A program made the position numbers and the translations under genes. 32,000 nt of DNA from Edaphobacter aggregans (lineage in GTDB: Bacteria; Acidobacteriota; Terriglobia; Terriglobales; Acidobacteriaceae), in contig NZ_RSDW01000001.1 of NCBI RefSeq assembly GCF_003945235.1, positions 6,120,257 through 6,152,256 on the forward strand, written 5' to 3'. Positions 14,765 through 22,263 of the stretch are shown here, one piece after another (positions within the stretch are counted from its first letter, which is position 1; each line of letters starts with the position of its first letter). The notes beneath the pieces are model-generated. The model was given only the letters and a program-made list of their open reading frames with translations, did no database searches and was not told the DNA's origin.

Positions 14765-16486
14765 TTATTTGCTCAGCGGTGGGGTTTTCGGGTTGGTGTA
14801 GACGGTTTCGCCGTTGACGATGGTGCGGAGGACTTGGGTGTGCAGGAGTTCCTGTGGGGTGGCTTTGGTGATGTCGCGGTCGAGAATGACGAGGTCGGCT
14901 AGATAGCCGGGTTCGAGGCGGCCTTTGAATTTCTCGGCGTTTTGAGCGTAGGCGGAGGCTTGCGTGTAGGCGTAGAGGGCTTCGTTGAGGGTGATTTTTT
15001 CCTGGGGCTGGTAGGTTTTGGTGCCGGCTTCGTTCTGGCGGGTGACGGCGGCGTACAGGCCGCGGAAGGGGTTGATGGATTCGACGGGGTAGTCGGTGCC
15101 GAAGGCGAGGACGACATTGTGGTCGAGGAAGGAGCGCCAGGCGTAGGAGTATTTGACGCGCTCGGGGCCCAGGCGGGCTTCGGCCCAGTTCATGTCGGTG
15201 AGGAGGTGTGAGGGCTGCATGGAGGCGATGACGTGGAGTTTTGCGAAGCGGTCGAAGGCCCCGGGGGAGACGACCTGGGCGTGCTCGATGCGGAAGCGGG
15301 GAATGACGGTCAATTGGTCGAAAACGTTGTGGGGGCTGCGAAGAGCCTGCTCGAAGGCGTCGAGGGCCATGTCGTTGGCGCGGTCGCCTATGGCATGGAA
15401 ACCGAGTTGGAAACCGACCTCGGCACGTTCTTTGGCCATGGCGTTAAGCTTTGTCTGGTCGTAACGGGGGATGCCGGAATTGCCTGGGTCGTCCGAGTAG
15501 GGGGCATTGAGGGCGGCGGTGCGGGAGCCGAGGGAGCCGTCCATGAAGCCCTTGAGCATGGTGGTGTGGAGGAAGGCATCACTCTGCGGGTGGGAGGCCT
15601 GGCGCTGCTTCAAGGTGTCAACTGGGGTGTCGAAGGCAAGCCATTCGGCTACGCGGAGGTGGAGGTTGCCGGATTTTTCGAGGTCTTCGAGGGCCTGGAA
15701 GTCTTCCCAGTCGGAGAAGTCCTGGACGGAGGTGACGCCGTGAGCGAGAGCGTCGGCCATGGCGACTTCGAGGGCTCGGGTGCGCTCGTCGCGGGTAGGG
15801 GGCGGGACGACTTTGTAGATGAGCGCGAGAGCTGGACGTTCGCGGATGATTCCGGTGGGGTTGCCGTTGGCATCGCGGTCGATCTTTGCGCCTTCGGGAT
15901 CGGGGGTGGCGGCGGTGATGTTGGCGGCCGCGAGGGCTGCCGTGTTGACGACGGCAATGTGGCCGTCGGTGCGGCCCAGGATGGCGGGATGGCCAGCGGT
16001 GACGGCGTCGATGTCTTGACGGGTGGGGAGGGTTTTTCCAGGCCAGATGGTGTGGTCCCAGCCTCCGCCTTGTAGCCATGTGCCGGGCTGGGCGGTGGTG
16101 GCGAATGTTTTGATGCGCTGCTGCATCTCGGCCAGGTTGGCTACGTGGTCCAGGTCGATGGTGAGTTTTTGCTGGCCAGCCGACGCGATGTGCGTGTGTG
16201 CGTCGTTGAAGCCGGGCATGACGAAGGCGCCGTTTAGGTCGATGATTTTTGTTTGCGGACCTTTGAGCTTTAGGAGGTCTGCGTCGGTGCCGGCGGCGAG
16301 GATCTTGCCGTTTGCTATGGCGATTGCGGTGACATGGGCTGGTGTGGGACTTGTGTCCTGCTGGCGCAGATGGGTGCCTGTGACGATGTTTCCGTGGATG
16401 TAGATGGTGCCGGGCGGGGTCGTTTGGGCGAGGGTGGGCGCGGCGAGGGCGAGGAGCAGGAGGGTGGTGAGAATGCGGGGGTTCAC
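14765..16486 (-). CDS. secreted metal-dependent amidohydrolase (Amidohydro_3 / YtcJ-like)
   Basis: 573 aa. Signal peptide ([21 protein letters not shown]). Metal-binding motif [12 protein letters not shown]. Later motifs are [16 protein letters not shown] and [12 protein letters not shown] start. Confidence 0.88.
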   Translation of the reverse strand: MNPRILTTLLLLALAAPTLAQTTPPGTIYIHGNIVTGTHLRQQDTSPTPAHVTAIAIANGKILAAGTDADLLKLKGPQTKIIDLNGAFVMPGFNDAHTHIASAGQQKLTIDLDHVANLAEMQQRIKTFATTAQPGTWLQGGGWDHTIWPGKTLPTRQDIDAVTAGHPAILGRTDGHIAVVNTAALAAANITAATPDPEGAKIDRDANGNPTGIIRERPALALIYKVVPPPTRDERTRALEVAMADALAHGVTSVQDFSDWEDFQALEDLEKSGNLHLRVAEWLAFDTPVDTLKQRQASHPQSDAFLHTTMLKGFMDGSLGSRTAALNAPYSDDPGNSGIPRYDQTKLNAMAKERAEVGFQLGFHAIGDRANDMALDAFEQALRSPHNVFDQLTVIPRFRIEHAQVVSPGAFDRFAKLHVIASMQPSHLLTDMNWAEARLGPERVKYSYAWRSFLDHNVVLAFGTDYPVESINPFRGLYAAVTRQNEAGTKTYQPQEKITLNEALYAYTQASAYAQNAEKFKGRLEPGYLADLVILDRDITKATPQELLHTQVLRTIVNGETVYTNPKTPPLSK

Positions 16487-16586
16487 GAGGTGGAGTGTAT
16501 CAAGGGATCACCATGCAAAACATGGAAATCGCGTGCCAAGGGCTTTCCGATAATCAGGGTTCGCTTTCCTCGGTCGTTCGATGAAA

Positions 16587-17489
16587 CTAGTTTTCTGAAG
16601 GCATCTCAACATGATCGATGACGAGAACCTGTACTGGTCCTTTGGTAGATTCCAGTTTCAGGCCGAGTTGTTCCTGAATCGCGGTGAAGATTGACGATCC
16701 GGAATCGGACGATGCGGCAGTGACCTCTCTGCCGTTGTCCAGGGGAGTTGTGCCGGTATCTGGTGTCCACTTGAGAGTGACGTTATATCTTCCGTCAATT
16801 CCGGTCTTATCGATGACGACGCGGCCCAGCTCCTGCGACAACTCCTGTGTCAATGCCTGGGCCATTTCCTGCAGGGTAACGCCTTGTGCTGTGAACTGGC
16901 CGGTGCTTGCGGATGTATTGGAACCTCCATCAGAGTCCTTCGATTTTTGAAGACTGGGACCTTTCTTTGCTACGACCAGGGCGTAGACCGGAAGGTCTCT
17001 TGTCTCCCAATGAATCGTTAGTTTGAAGCGGTCTGCCAAGAGCTGTTGAAACATCCCTTGCATCTGAAGTTTGCGCTGGACACGGCTAAGCGTTCGCAAT
17101 TGATCGGCGGTCGAGCTATCTATCTTTGCCTCGATGTCGAATCTTTCGGCATTGAGCCACTTCGGGCCGCCCAGAATACGAGGCTCTGGGACTCCGTAGG
17201 CCGAATACTGGATGAGATTTTTCAACAAGATGTTAGAGGCAGTGAAACGTCCATTTTCAAATTTGGAATGGGAGCTTGAGCTGCCGGACTTGTTCGGTTT
17301 TACGATAGTCACTTCGAAGGCCAGAGGTGTGGCAACTACAGGAGCGGCCGCAAGTGCTAGCGCGGTCGCGGCGGATGCTGAAGTCTGGGCGAACGATACG
17401 ATGGGGAGAGATGCAGTTATGGCCAACAACAGCTTTATGATGGAAGGCGTTTTTCGGTTCATACGCTCGATCAACTTGGAGGCACCCAT
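16587..17489 (-). CDS. TIGR03435-family 'soil-associated' uncharacterised protein (DUF3738-like)
   Basis: 300 aa with a signal peptide. Family-typical blocks as I remember them: LKNLIQYSAYGV...GGPKWLNAERFDIEAK, LQQLLADRFKLTIHWETRDLPVYALVVAKKGPSLQ, and C-terminal QEQLGLKLESTKGPVQVLVIDHVEMPSEN. An alternative start exists at the MNRK methionine (17462). Confidence 0.75.
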   Translation of the reverse strand: MGASKLIERMNRKTPSIIKLLLAITASLPIVSFAQTSASAATALALAAAPVVATPLAFEVTIVKPNKSGSSSSHSKFENGRFTASNILLKNLIQYSAYGVPEPRILGGPKWLNAERFDIEAKIDSSTADQLRTLSRVQRKLQMQGMFQQLLADRFKLTIHWETRDLPVYALVVAKKGPSLQKSKDSDGGSNTSASTGQFTAQGVTLQEMAQALTQELSQELGRVVIDKTGIDGRYNVTLKWTPDTGTTPLDNGREVTAASSDSGSSIFTAIQEQLGLKLESTKGPVQVLVIDHVEMPSEN

Positions 17490-17497
17490 AACTTCTT

Positions 17498-18781
17498 TTA
17501 TACGTGTTCTTCACGGGGTAGGGAGACGGATTGTGCGGTGAGGTGGGTGGTGTCTAGGAGGGCTAAGAGGATGCGGCGGAGGGCGGTTTCGCGGCCGGTG
17601 GGGTCGTACCATTCCTGGAGGGTGTGGATGCCTCCGCCGGTGCCTCCGGTGCCTATGGCTATGGCTGGAATGCCTCGGGAGAGGGGGATGTTGGCGTCGG
17701 TGGAGCCTAGACGGAGTTCGGTGCGGAGGGCCAGGTGGCGGTCTACGGCGCGGACGGTTTGGAGGATGGGGGAGTCGTCGGGGAGGGCGGCGGCGGGGCG
17801 ATTTCCTATGATTTCGATGAGGAGTTTTGGTGGACAGTTGGTGGTCTTTCGGTGGGCAAGGCTGGTTAGCAGATCGTCGAAGATTTGGTGGATCGTCGTG
17901 GCGGTGGAGAGGAGTTGGACGGGGTCGGTGGAGCGGAGGTCGAGGAGGGCGGTGGCGGTCTCGGGGATGGAGTTGATGGAGGTGCCACCGGAGATGTGGC
18001 CGACGTTGATGGTGGTGGCGGGGTTGGTGGGGAGTTCGAGGTCGGCGATGGTGGTGAGGGCTCGGCTGAGGATGAGGATGGGGTTAGGTGTGCCGGAGTC
18101 GGTCCAGGAGTGGCCACCGGGGCCGGTGATGGTGACGCGGAAGCGGAGGCTGCCGAGGGCTCGGGTGACGACGGCGGTGGTCCCGCTGCCTTCGAGGGCG
18201 ATGGCGGCAGCGATGCGGCGGCTATAGGTGCCGCGTTCGAAGAGGTGGCGCATGCCTCGGAGGTCACCTTCGCCTTCTTCGCCTACATTGGCGGCGAAGA
18301 GGATGGGGATAGGCGGGGTAATGTGCGCGTAGCGGAGTGCGGCGGCGATTCCCAGGAGGGCGGAGAGGCCGGCGCCGTTGTCGCAGATGCCGGGAGCGTA
18401 GATGCGTGCGGCGTCTTCGAGTTCTACGGGGTTGCAGTCGGTTCCGGCAGGGAAGACGGTGTCGAGATGTGCCGAGATGAGGACACAGGGGGGAGGGGAT
18501 AGCGGGTAGGGTGTAGAGGACGGATCGGGGGATAGTTCGGCTAGGACGTTTCCTGCGTCGTCGATGTGGATGTTGGTGAGGCCGAGGGCGTGGAAGCGGT
18601 CGAAGAACCAGGCGGCGCGAGCGGTTTCGCCGAAGGGGGGGGCGGGGATTCGCACGAGCTCTAGCTGCCAGCGGCGAAGTTGCGGCTGATGAAGATGCAG
18701 CCAATGGAAGGCGCGGTGGACTGCGGTGAGGGTCGCTAATCGCGCGATGCGCCGTTGGGCCGAGGCTACGGTGGTGGGCAT
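17498..18781 (-). CDS. M20/M25/M40-family metallopeptidase
   Basis: 427 aa with motifs ISAHLDTVFP, GICDNGAGLSALL and ANVGEEGEGDLRGMRHL. The start codon overlaps the truA stop by 1 nt (TGATG). Confidence 0.85.
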   Translation of the reverse strand: MPTTVASAQRRIARLATLTAVHRAFHWLHLHQPQLRRWQLELVRIPAPPFGETARAAWFFDRFHALGLTNIHIDDAGNVLAELSPDPSSTPYPLSPPPCVLISAHLDTVFPAGTDCNPVELEDAARIYAPGICDNGAGLSALLGIAAALRYAHITPPIPILFAANVGEEGEGDLRGMRHLFERGTYSRRIAAAIALEGSGTTAVVTRALGSLRFRVTITGPGGHSWTDSGTPNPILILSRALTTIADLELPTNPATTINVGHISGGTSINSIPETATALLDLRSTDPVQLLSTATTIHQIFDDLLTSLAHRKTTNCPPKLLIEIIGNRPAAALPDDSPILQTVRAVDRHLALRTELRLGSTDANIPLSRGIPAIAIGTGGTGGGIHTLQEWYDPTGRETALRRILLALLDTTHLTAQSVSLPREEHV

Positions 18782-19584
18782 CAGTACTCGACCTCTACGA
18801 GGAAGAGGCCGCGGGCTGGCGCGGTGGGACCGGCGGCGGCGCGGTTCTGAGCGAGGAGGATCACCGGAATGGAGTTGGCGGAGATGCGGCCTCGGCCTGC
18901 TTCAACGAAGGTTCCTACGAGGTTGCGGACCATGTGGTGGAGGAAGCCTGAGCCGGTGACTCGGTAGATGAAGAGATCGTTGTCGCTGCGCCAGGAGGAT
19001 TCGAAGATGGTGCGGGTGGAGCAGGGAGTAGGGAGTAGGGAATAGGGAATAGAAGGCGGGTCTGGGGATTCGACGGACTGTGCTTCGCGGGCGGTTAGAT
19101 CGGGGTCGGCGGCGGCGAAGGAGGTGAAGTCGTGGGTGCCAAGGACGTAGGCTGCGGCTTGCTGGAGTGTGGCGAGGTCGAGGGGCCAAGGGCAGTCCCA
19201 TACGTAGGGAGCGAGCATGGGGGAGCAGATGGGGGTGGTGGCGATGCGGTACTCATAGGTTTTGCGGAGGGCGCTGTGGCGGGCGTGGAAGTCTTCGGGT
19301 GCCTGCTCGACGGAGAGGATGCGGATGCTGGATGGGAGGGCTCGATTGAGGGCTTTGTGGAGATTGGGTGCGGGGATGGGTGCTGCGAGCGAGAAGGAGG
19401 CTACCTGGGCGAGGGCGTGGACGCCTGCGTCGGTGCGGCCGGAGCCCTGGGGTAGAACGGTCTCTCCGGTAATGTGATGGATGGCCTGAGCGAGAGTGCC
19501 TTGCACCGTGGGGAGATTGGGCTGGATCTGCCATCCGTTGAACGGTGTTCCGTCGTAAGTGAGGATTGTTTTCCAACGTGTCAT
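18781..19584 (-). CDS. truA: tRNA pseudouridine(38-40) synthase TruA
   Basis: Starting at the internal ATG (19584), the product reads MTRWKTILTYDGTPFNGWQIQPNLPTVQG...GSGRTDAGVHALAQVASF (catalytic Asp context) ...FLHHMVRNLVG. The 68 upstream codons of the track ORF have no TruA similarity. Confidence 0.9.
   Translation of the reverse strand: MTRWKTILTYDGTPFNGWQIQPNLPTVQGTLAQAIHHITGETVLPQGSGRTDAGVHALAQVASFSLAAPIPAPNLHKALNRALPSSIRILSVEQAPEDFHARHSALRKTYEYRIATTPICSPMLAPYVWDCPWPLDLATLQQAAAYVLGTHDFTSFAAADPDLTAREAQSVESPDPPSIPYSLLPTPCSTRTIFESSWRSDNDLFIYRVTGSGFLHHMVRNLVGTFVEAGRGRISANSIPVILLAQNRAAAGPTAPARGLFLVEVEY
19023..19050. repeat. 7-nt tandem repeat (AGGGAGT x2, AGGGAAT x2) inside truA
   Basis: Read directly on the + strand: cAGGGAGTAGGGAGTAGGGAATAGGGAATag. 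This gives four GGG tracts with 4-nt spacers. On the minus strand it encodes ...SIPYSLLPTP... within truA. Confidence 0.85.
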
Positions 19585-19989
19585 GCGATGTTCGGACGGT
19601 ATCACGGAGAAGGATGGTTTTGGCTGGGATGGGGTGACTGTGCAATTACTGGTGAAGTATATCGCTGACGGGCTGAAGAGTAAGGGCTGGGGGTTGATAT
19701 ACTTAGCCAGCTGCAATCGGGAAAAATTTGATGGAGTCCATGGGAACGAAGCGGTGCTCGTGTGCGTATGAGTGCCTAGCCGCAACATCCTGCAGGGTAG
19801 GGTGCCAAGGCCGGTAACTTTCTTTAAGAGTCCTCTGGAACCTGTTGCGCGTCTTAGAAGGAACCGAAAATTTAGTGTGTCCGTAGTTAGCCTGCAAATG
19901 TTGTGCTGGTTTCGGGCAAGACAAGAATCCGGTGAATGCCGGTGAAGAATCAGGGAAGAGTTGGAGAGCGCATCGTGAGATTAAGGGAT

Positions 19990-22104
19990 ATGCAGGCAGC
20001 TGCGAGCATCGCATTGCTGCTAATGAGCGTTAGCACGCAGCCGGGAATGGCGCAGCAGACAACCCCACAGACACAGACGAGCCCAACGGCACCTGCTCCC
20101 CCACAGGCTGTGGCGACCGATACGACGGGGACGCCCGGGCTGCCACAGGCTCCGGCGCCGACGCCGACCCAGCCGCTGTTCCTGCGTGACACGCCCATCG
20201 ATTACACGCAGCCCAAGAGCCACTTCTGGAATCCGATCGCTCCTTACACGGCGACCGATGTGCCGGCGCCGATGCTGCAGAATACACCCCGGCTGGATTC
20301 TCTTTTGAGAGACGGGAAGATCTATCTGAGTTTGTCGGATGCGGTGACGCTGGCGCTCGAGAATAACTACGACATCGCGATTGCGCGCATCAATCTGGAC
20401 ATTGCTGATACAGATATTTTGCGGACCAGGGCTGGCGGAACGATTCGCGGTGTATCGACGGGACTGGTGACCAATACGATTGGCGGCACGACCCAGACGA
20501 TCACATCCGGCGGCGGACCAGGCGGAACGTCGAGTGGAGCGGGCGGTGGCGCATCGGGTGCGTCGGGCATCGTTTTGAGTACAAACGGCGGCGGACCGCT
20601 TCCTGAGAGCCTGGATCCGATTCTGACTGGAACCTTGCAGTATGAGGCAGCGAATACTCCGCAGTCTACGACCTTCATTACCGGTACGAACACGCTGAAC
20701 CAGAACACGGGAACGTATAACTTTGGCTATCAGCAGGGTTTTCTGACTGGAACGTTGTTCAACGTTACGTTCAACAACAGTCGGACGACGACGAACAGCT
20801 TCCGATCGAACTACAGCCCGCAGCTGAACACGATCTTTCAGGCCAAGGTATCGCAGCATCTGCTTCAGGGATTTGGCCTTGCTCTTAACAGAAGACTGAT
20901 TGTGCAGGCGAAGAATAACCGGCAGATTACGGATTCGTCGTTCCGTCAGCAGCTTCTATTTACTGTGACCCAGGTGGAGAGCATCTACTGGGGCCTGGTG
21001 AGCGCTTATGAAGATGAACAGGCGAAGGAGCGGGCACTGACGCAATCGACACAGTTGTCCGCCGACAACCGCAAGCAGTTGGAGATTGGAACACTGGCAC
21101 CGCTGGATGTCGTGAACTCCGACAGTGCGGTGGCGACCGACAAGCAGGCATTGGTGGCCTCGCAGACGAACCTCGAGTATCAGCAGTTGCTGATGAAGCA
21201 GGCGATCGCGCGGAACCTGAACGATCCGCAACTCTCGAACGCTCCGGTCATTCCGACCGACCGTGTGGCACTCAATCGGCTTCCGGAAGAAGACTTGCCT
21301 GTGGAAGACCTGGTGAAGCAGGCTTATTCGAACAATCCGCAGATCGAACAGGCCGTGCTGAACATGAGCAACAATCAGATCACGATCAAGGCCTTCAAAA
21401 ACGGTTTGTTGCCGACTGTGGATGCGTACGCGTTCTATGGTGGTTCGGGTCTGGGCGGCGCGCAAAATCCGGCACTGCAGTGCACGGATTCAACCGGTAC
21501 GTCGATTATTCCTTGCCCTCCGAATGTTGTTCAACACACCGGCTATGGAGATGTGTTCACGAATGCATTCAACAACTCATTTCCGGACAAGGGCGTTGGT
21601 GTGAGCATCAATATTCCGCTGCGGAACCGGGTTGCGCAGGCCGATCAGGCGCGGTCGCAGATGGAGTACCGGCAGTCGCAGATGCGGTTGCAGCAGCTTT
21701 ATACGCAGATTCGGATTCAGGTCATCAACGGGCAGTTTGCACTGACCAACGACCGGGCGCAGGTGCAGGCAGCTCAGGCGGCTCGCGACTTTGCGGCGCA
21801 GAGCCTGGATGCGGAAGAGAAGAAGTACAAGCTGGGAGCTTCAACAACAGCGCTGGTGCTGCAGCAACAGAGGAATCTGGCGGCGGCGGACAATAACCTG
21901 ATCTCGGCTACGGCAGCTTATGCGAAGGACCGGGTTGCGCTGGGCCAGTTGCTGTCGAACATCCTGGATAAATATGGGATCGACATCAAGCAGGCTGCAA
22001 CTGGGAACATCACGCAGTCAGCGGTGGTTCCTGGTCTGACGACACCGAAGGCCCCGGAGGCTCCGAAGCCGCTGTCTTCGACGCCTACGCCTCCTCAGCA
22101 GTAA
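19990..22104 (+). CDS. TolC-family outer-membrane efflux/export protein
   Basis: Signal peptide MQAAASIALLLMSVSTQPGMAQ. OEP-type repeats are present (LSLSDAVTLALENNYDIAIARINLDIA...; DLVKQAYSNNPQIEQAVLNMSNNQITIK...). Track ORF start 19936 is possible. I prefer ATG 19990 because it begins the signal peptide. Confidence 0.85.
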   Translation: MQAAASIALLLMSVSTQPGMAQQTTPQTQTSPTAPAPPQAVATDTTGTPGLPQAPAPTPTQPLFLRDTPIDYTQPKSHFWNPIAPYTATDVPAPMLQNTPRLDSLLRDGKIYLSLSDAVTLALENNYDIAIARINLDIADTDILRTRAGGTIRGVSTGLVTNTIGGTTQTITSGGGPGGTSSGAGGGASGASGIVLSTNGGGPLPESLDPILTGTLQYEAANTPQSTTFITGTNTLNQNTGTYNFGYQQGFLTGTLFNVTFNNSRTTTNSFRSNYSPQLNTIFQAKVSQHLLQGFGLALNRRLIVQAKNNRQITDSSFRQQLLFTVTQVESIYWGLVSAYEDEQAKERALTQSTQLSADNRKQLEIGTLAPLDVVNSDSAVATDKQALVASQTNLEYQQLLMKQAIARNLNDPQLSNAPVIPTDRVALNRLPEEDLPVEDLVKQAYSNNPQIEQAVLNMSNNQITIKAFKNGLLPTVDAYAFYGGSGLGGAQNPALQCTDSTGTSIIPCPPNVVQHTGYGDVFTNAFNNSFPDKGVGVSINIPLRNRVAQADQARSQMEYRQSQMRLQQLYTQIRIQVINGQFALTNDRAQVQAAQAARDFAAQSLDAEEKKYKLGASTTALVLQQQRNLAAADNNLISATAAYAKDRVALGQLLSNILDKYGIDIKQAATGNITQSAVVPGLTTPKAPEAPKPLSSTPTPPQQ

Positions 22105-22122
22105 GCGGGTGGATGATGAAGA

Positions 22123-22156
22123 GGGTCCGGGCTTTGGCTCGGGCCCTTTTCTTTTT
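22123..22156 (+). terminator. intrinsic terminator after the TolC-family gene
   Basis: GGGTCCGGGC-TTTG-GCTCGGGCCC forms a 10-bp stem (two G-U pairs), followed by TTTTCTTTTT. Confidence 0.8.
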
Positions 22157-22239
22157 GGGAACAGGGATTAGGGATCAGGGAACATTGGGCAACGGTAATT
22201 GCACAAGGGGTATGGGTGGATGGGATCGGTGGAAATGGG
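22157..22239 (+). repeat. cluster of nine G3-4 tracts, the first four in 7-nt register (potential G-quadruplex region)
   Basis: GGGaacaGGGattaGGGatcaGGGaacattGGG ... GGGGtatGGGtggatGGG...GGG, read directly. It lies between the terminator and the DUF255 gene start (22264). Confidence 0.7.
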
Positions 22240-22263
22240 TGGTCGGCAAGTGAACTAAACTGA

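Noticed and set aside
16547-16553. CCGATAA, resembling the sigma-28 -10 element (GCCGATAA).
   Set aside because: There is no TAAA-type -35 at the right spacing and no + strand gene downstream. It lies between two minus-strand genes.
19585-19788. Upstream extension of the truA ORF (335-aa version).
   Set aside because: The extra 68 residues (MLRLGTHTHTSTASFPW...) have no TruA similarity. The canonical N-terminus (MTRWKTILTYDG) begins at 19584.
19585-19989. 405-bp divergent spacer between truA and the TolC-family gene, with small ORFs 19559..19771(+) and 19703..20014(-). I considered it for a tRNA, a riboswitch or a small gene.
   Set aside because: It has no tRNA-like T-arm or anticodon architecture, no riboswitch core I recognise, and ORF products without SD or family features. 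It most likely holds just the two divergent promoters.
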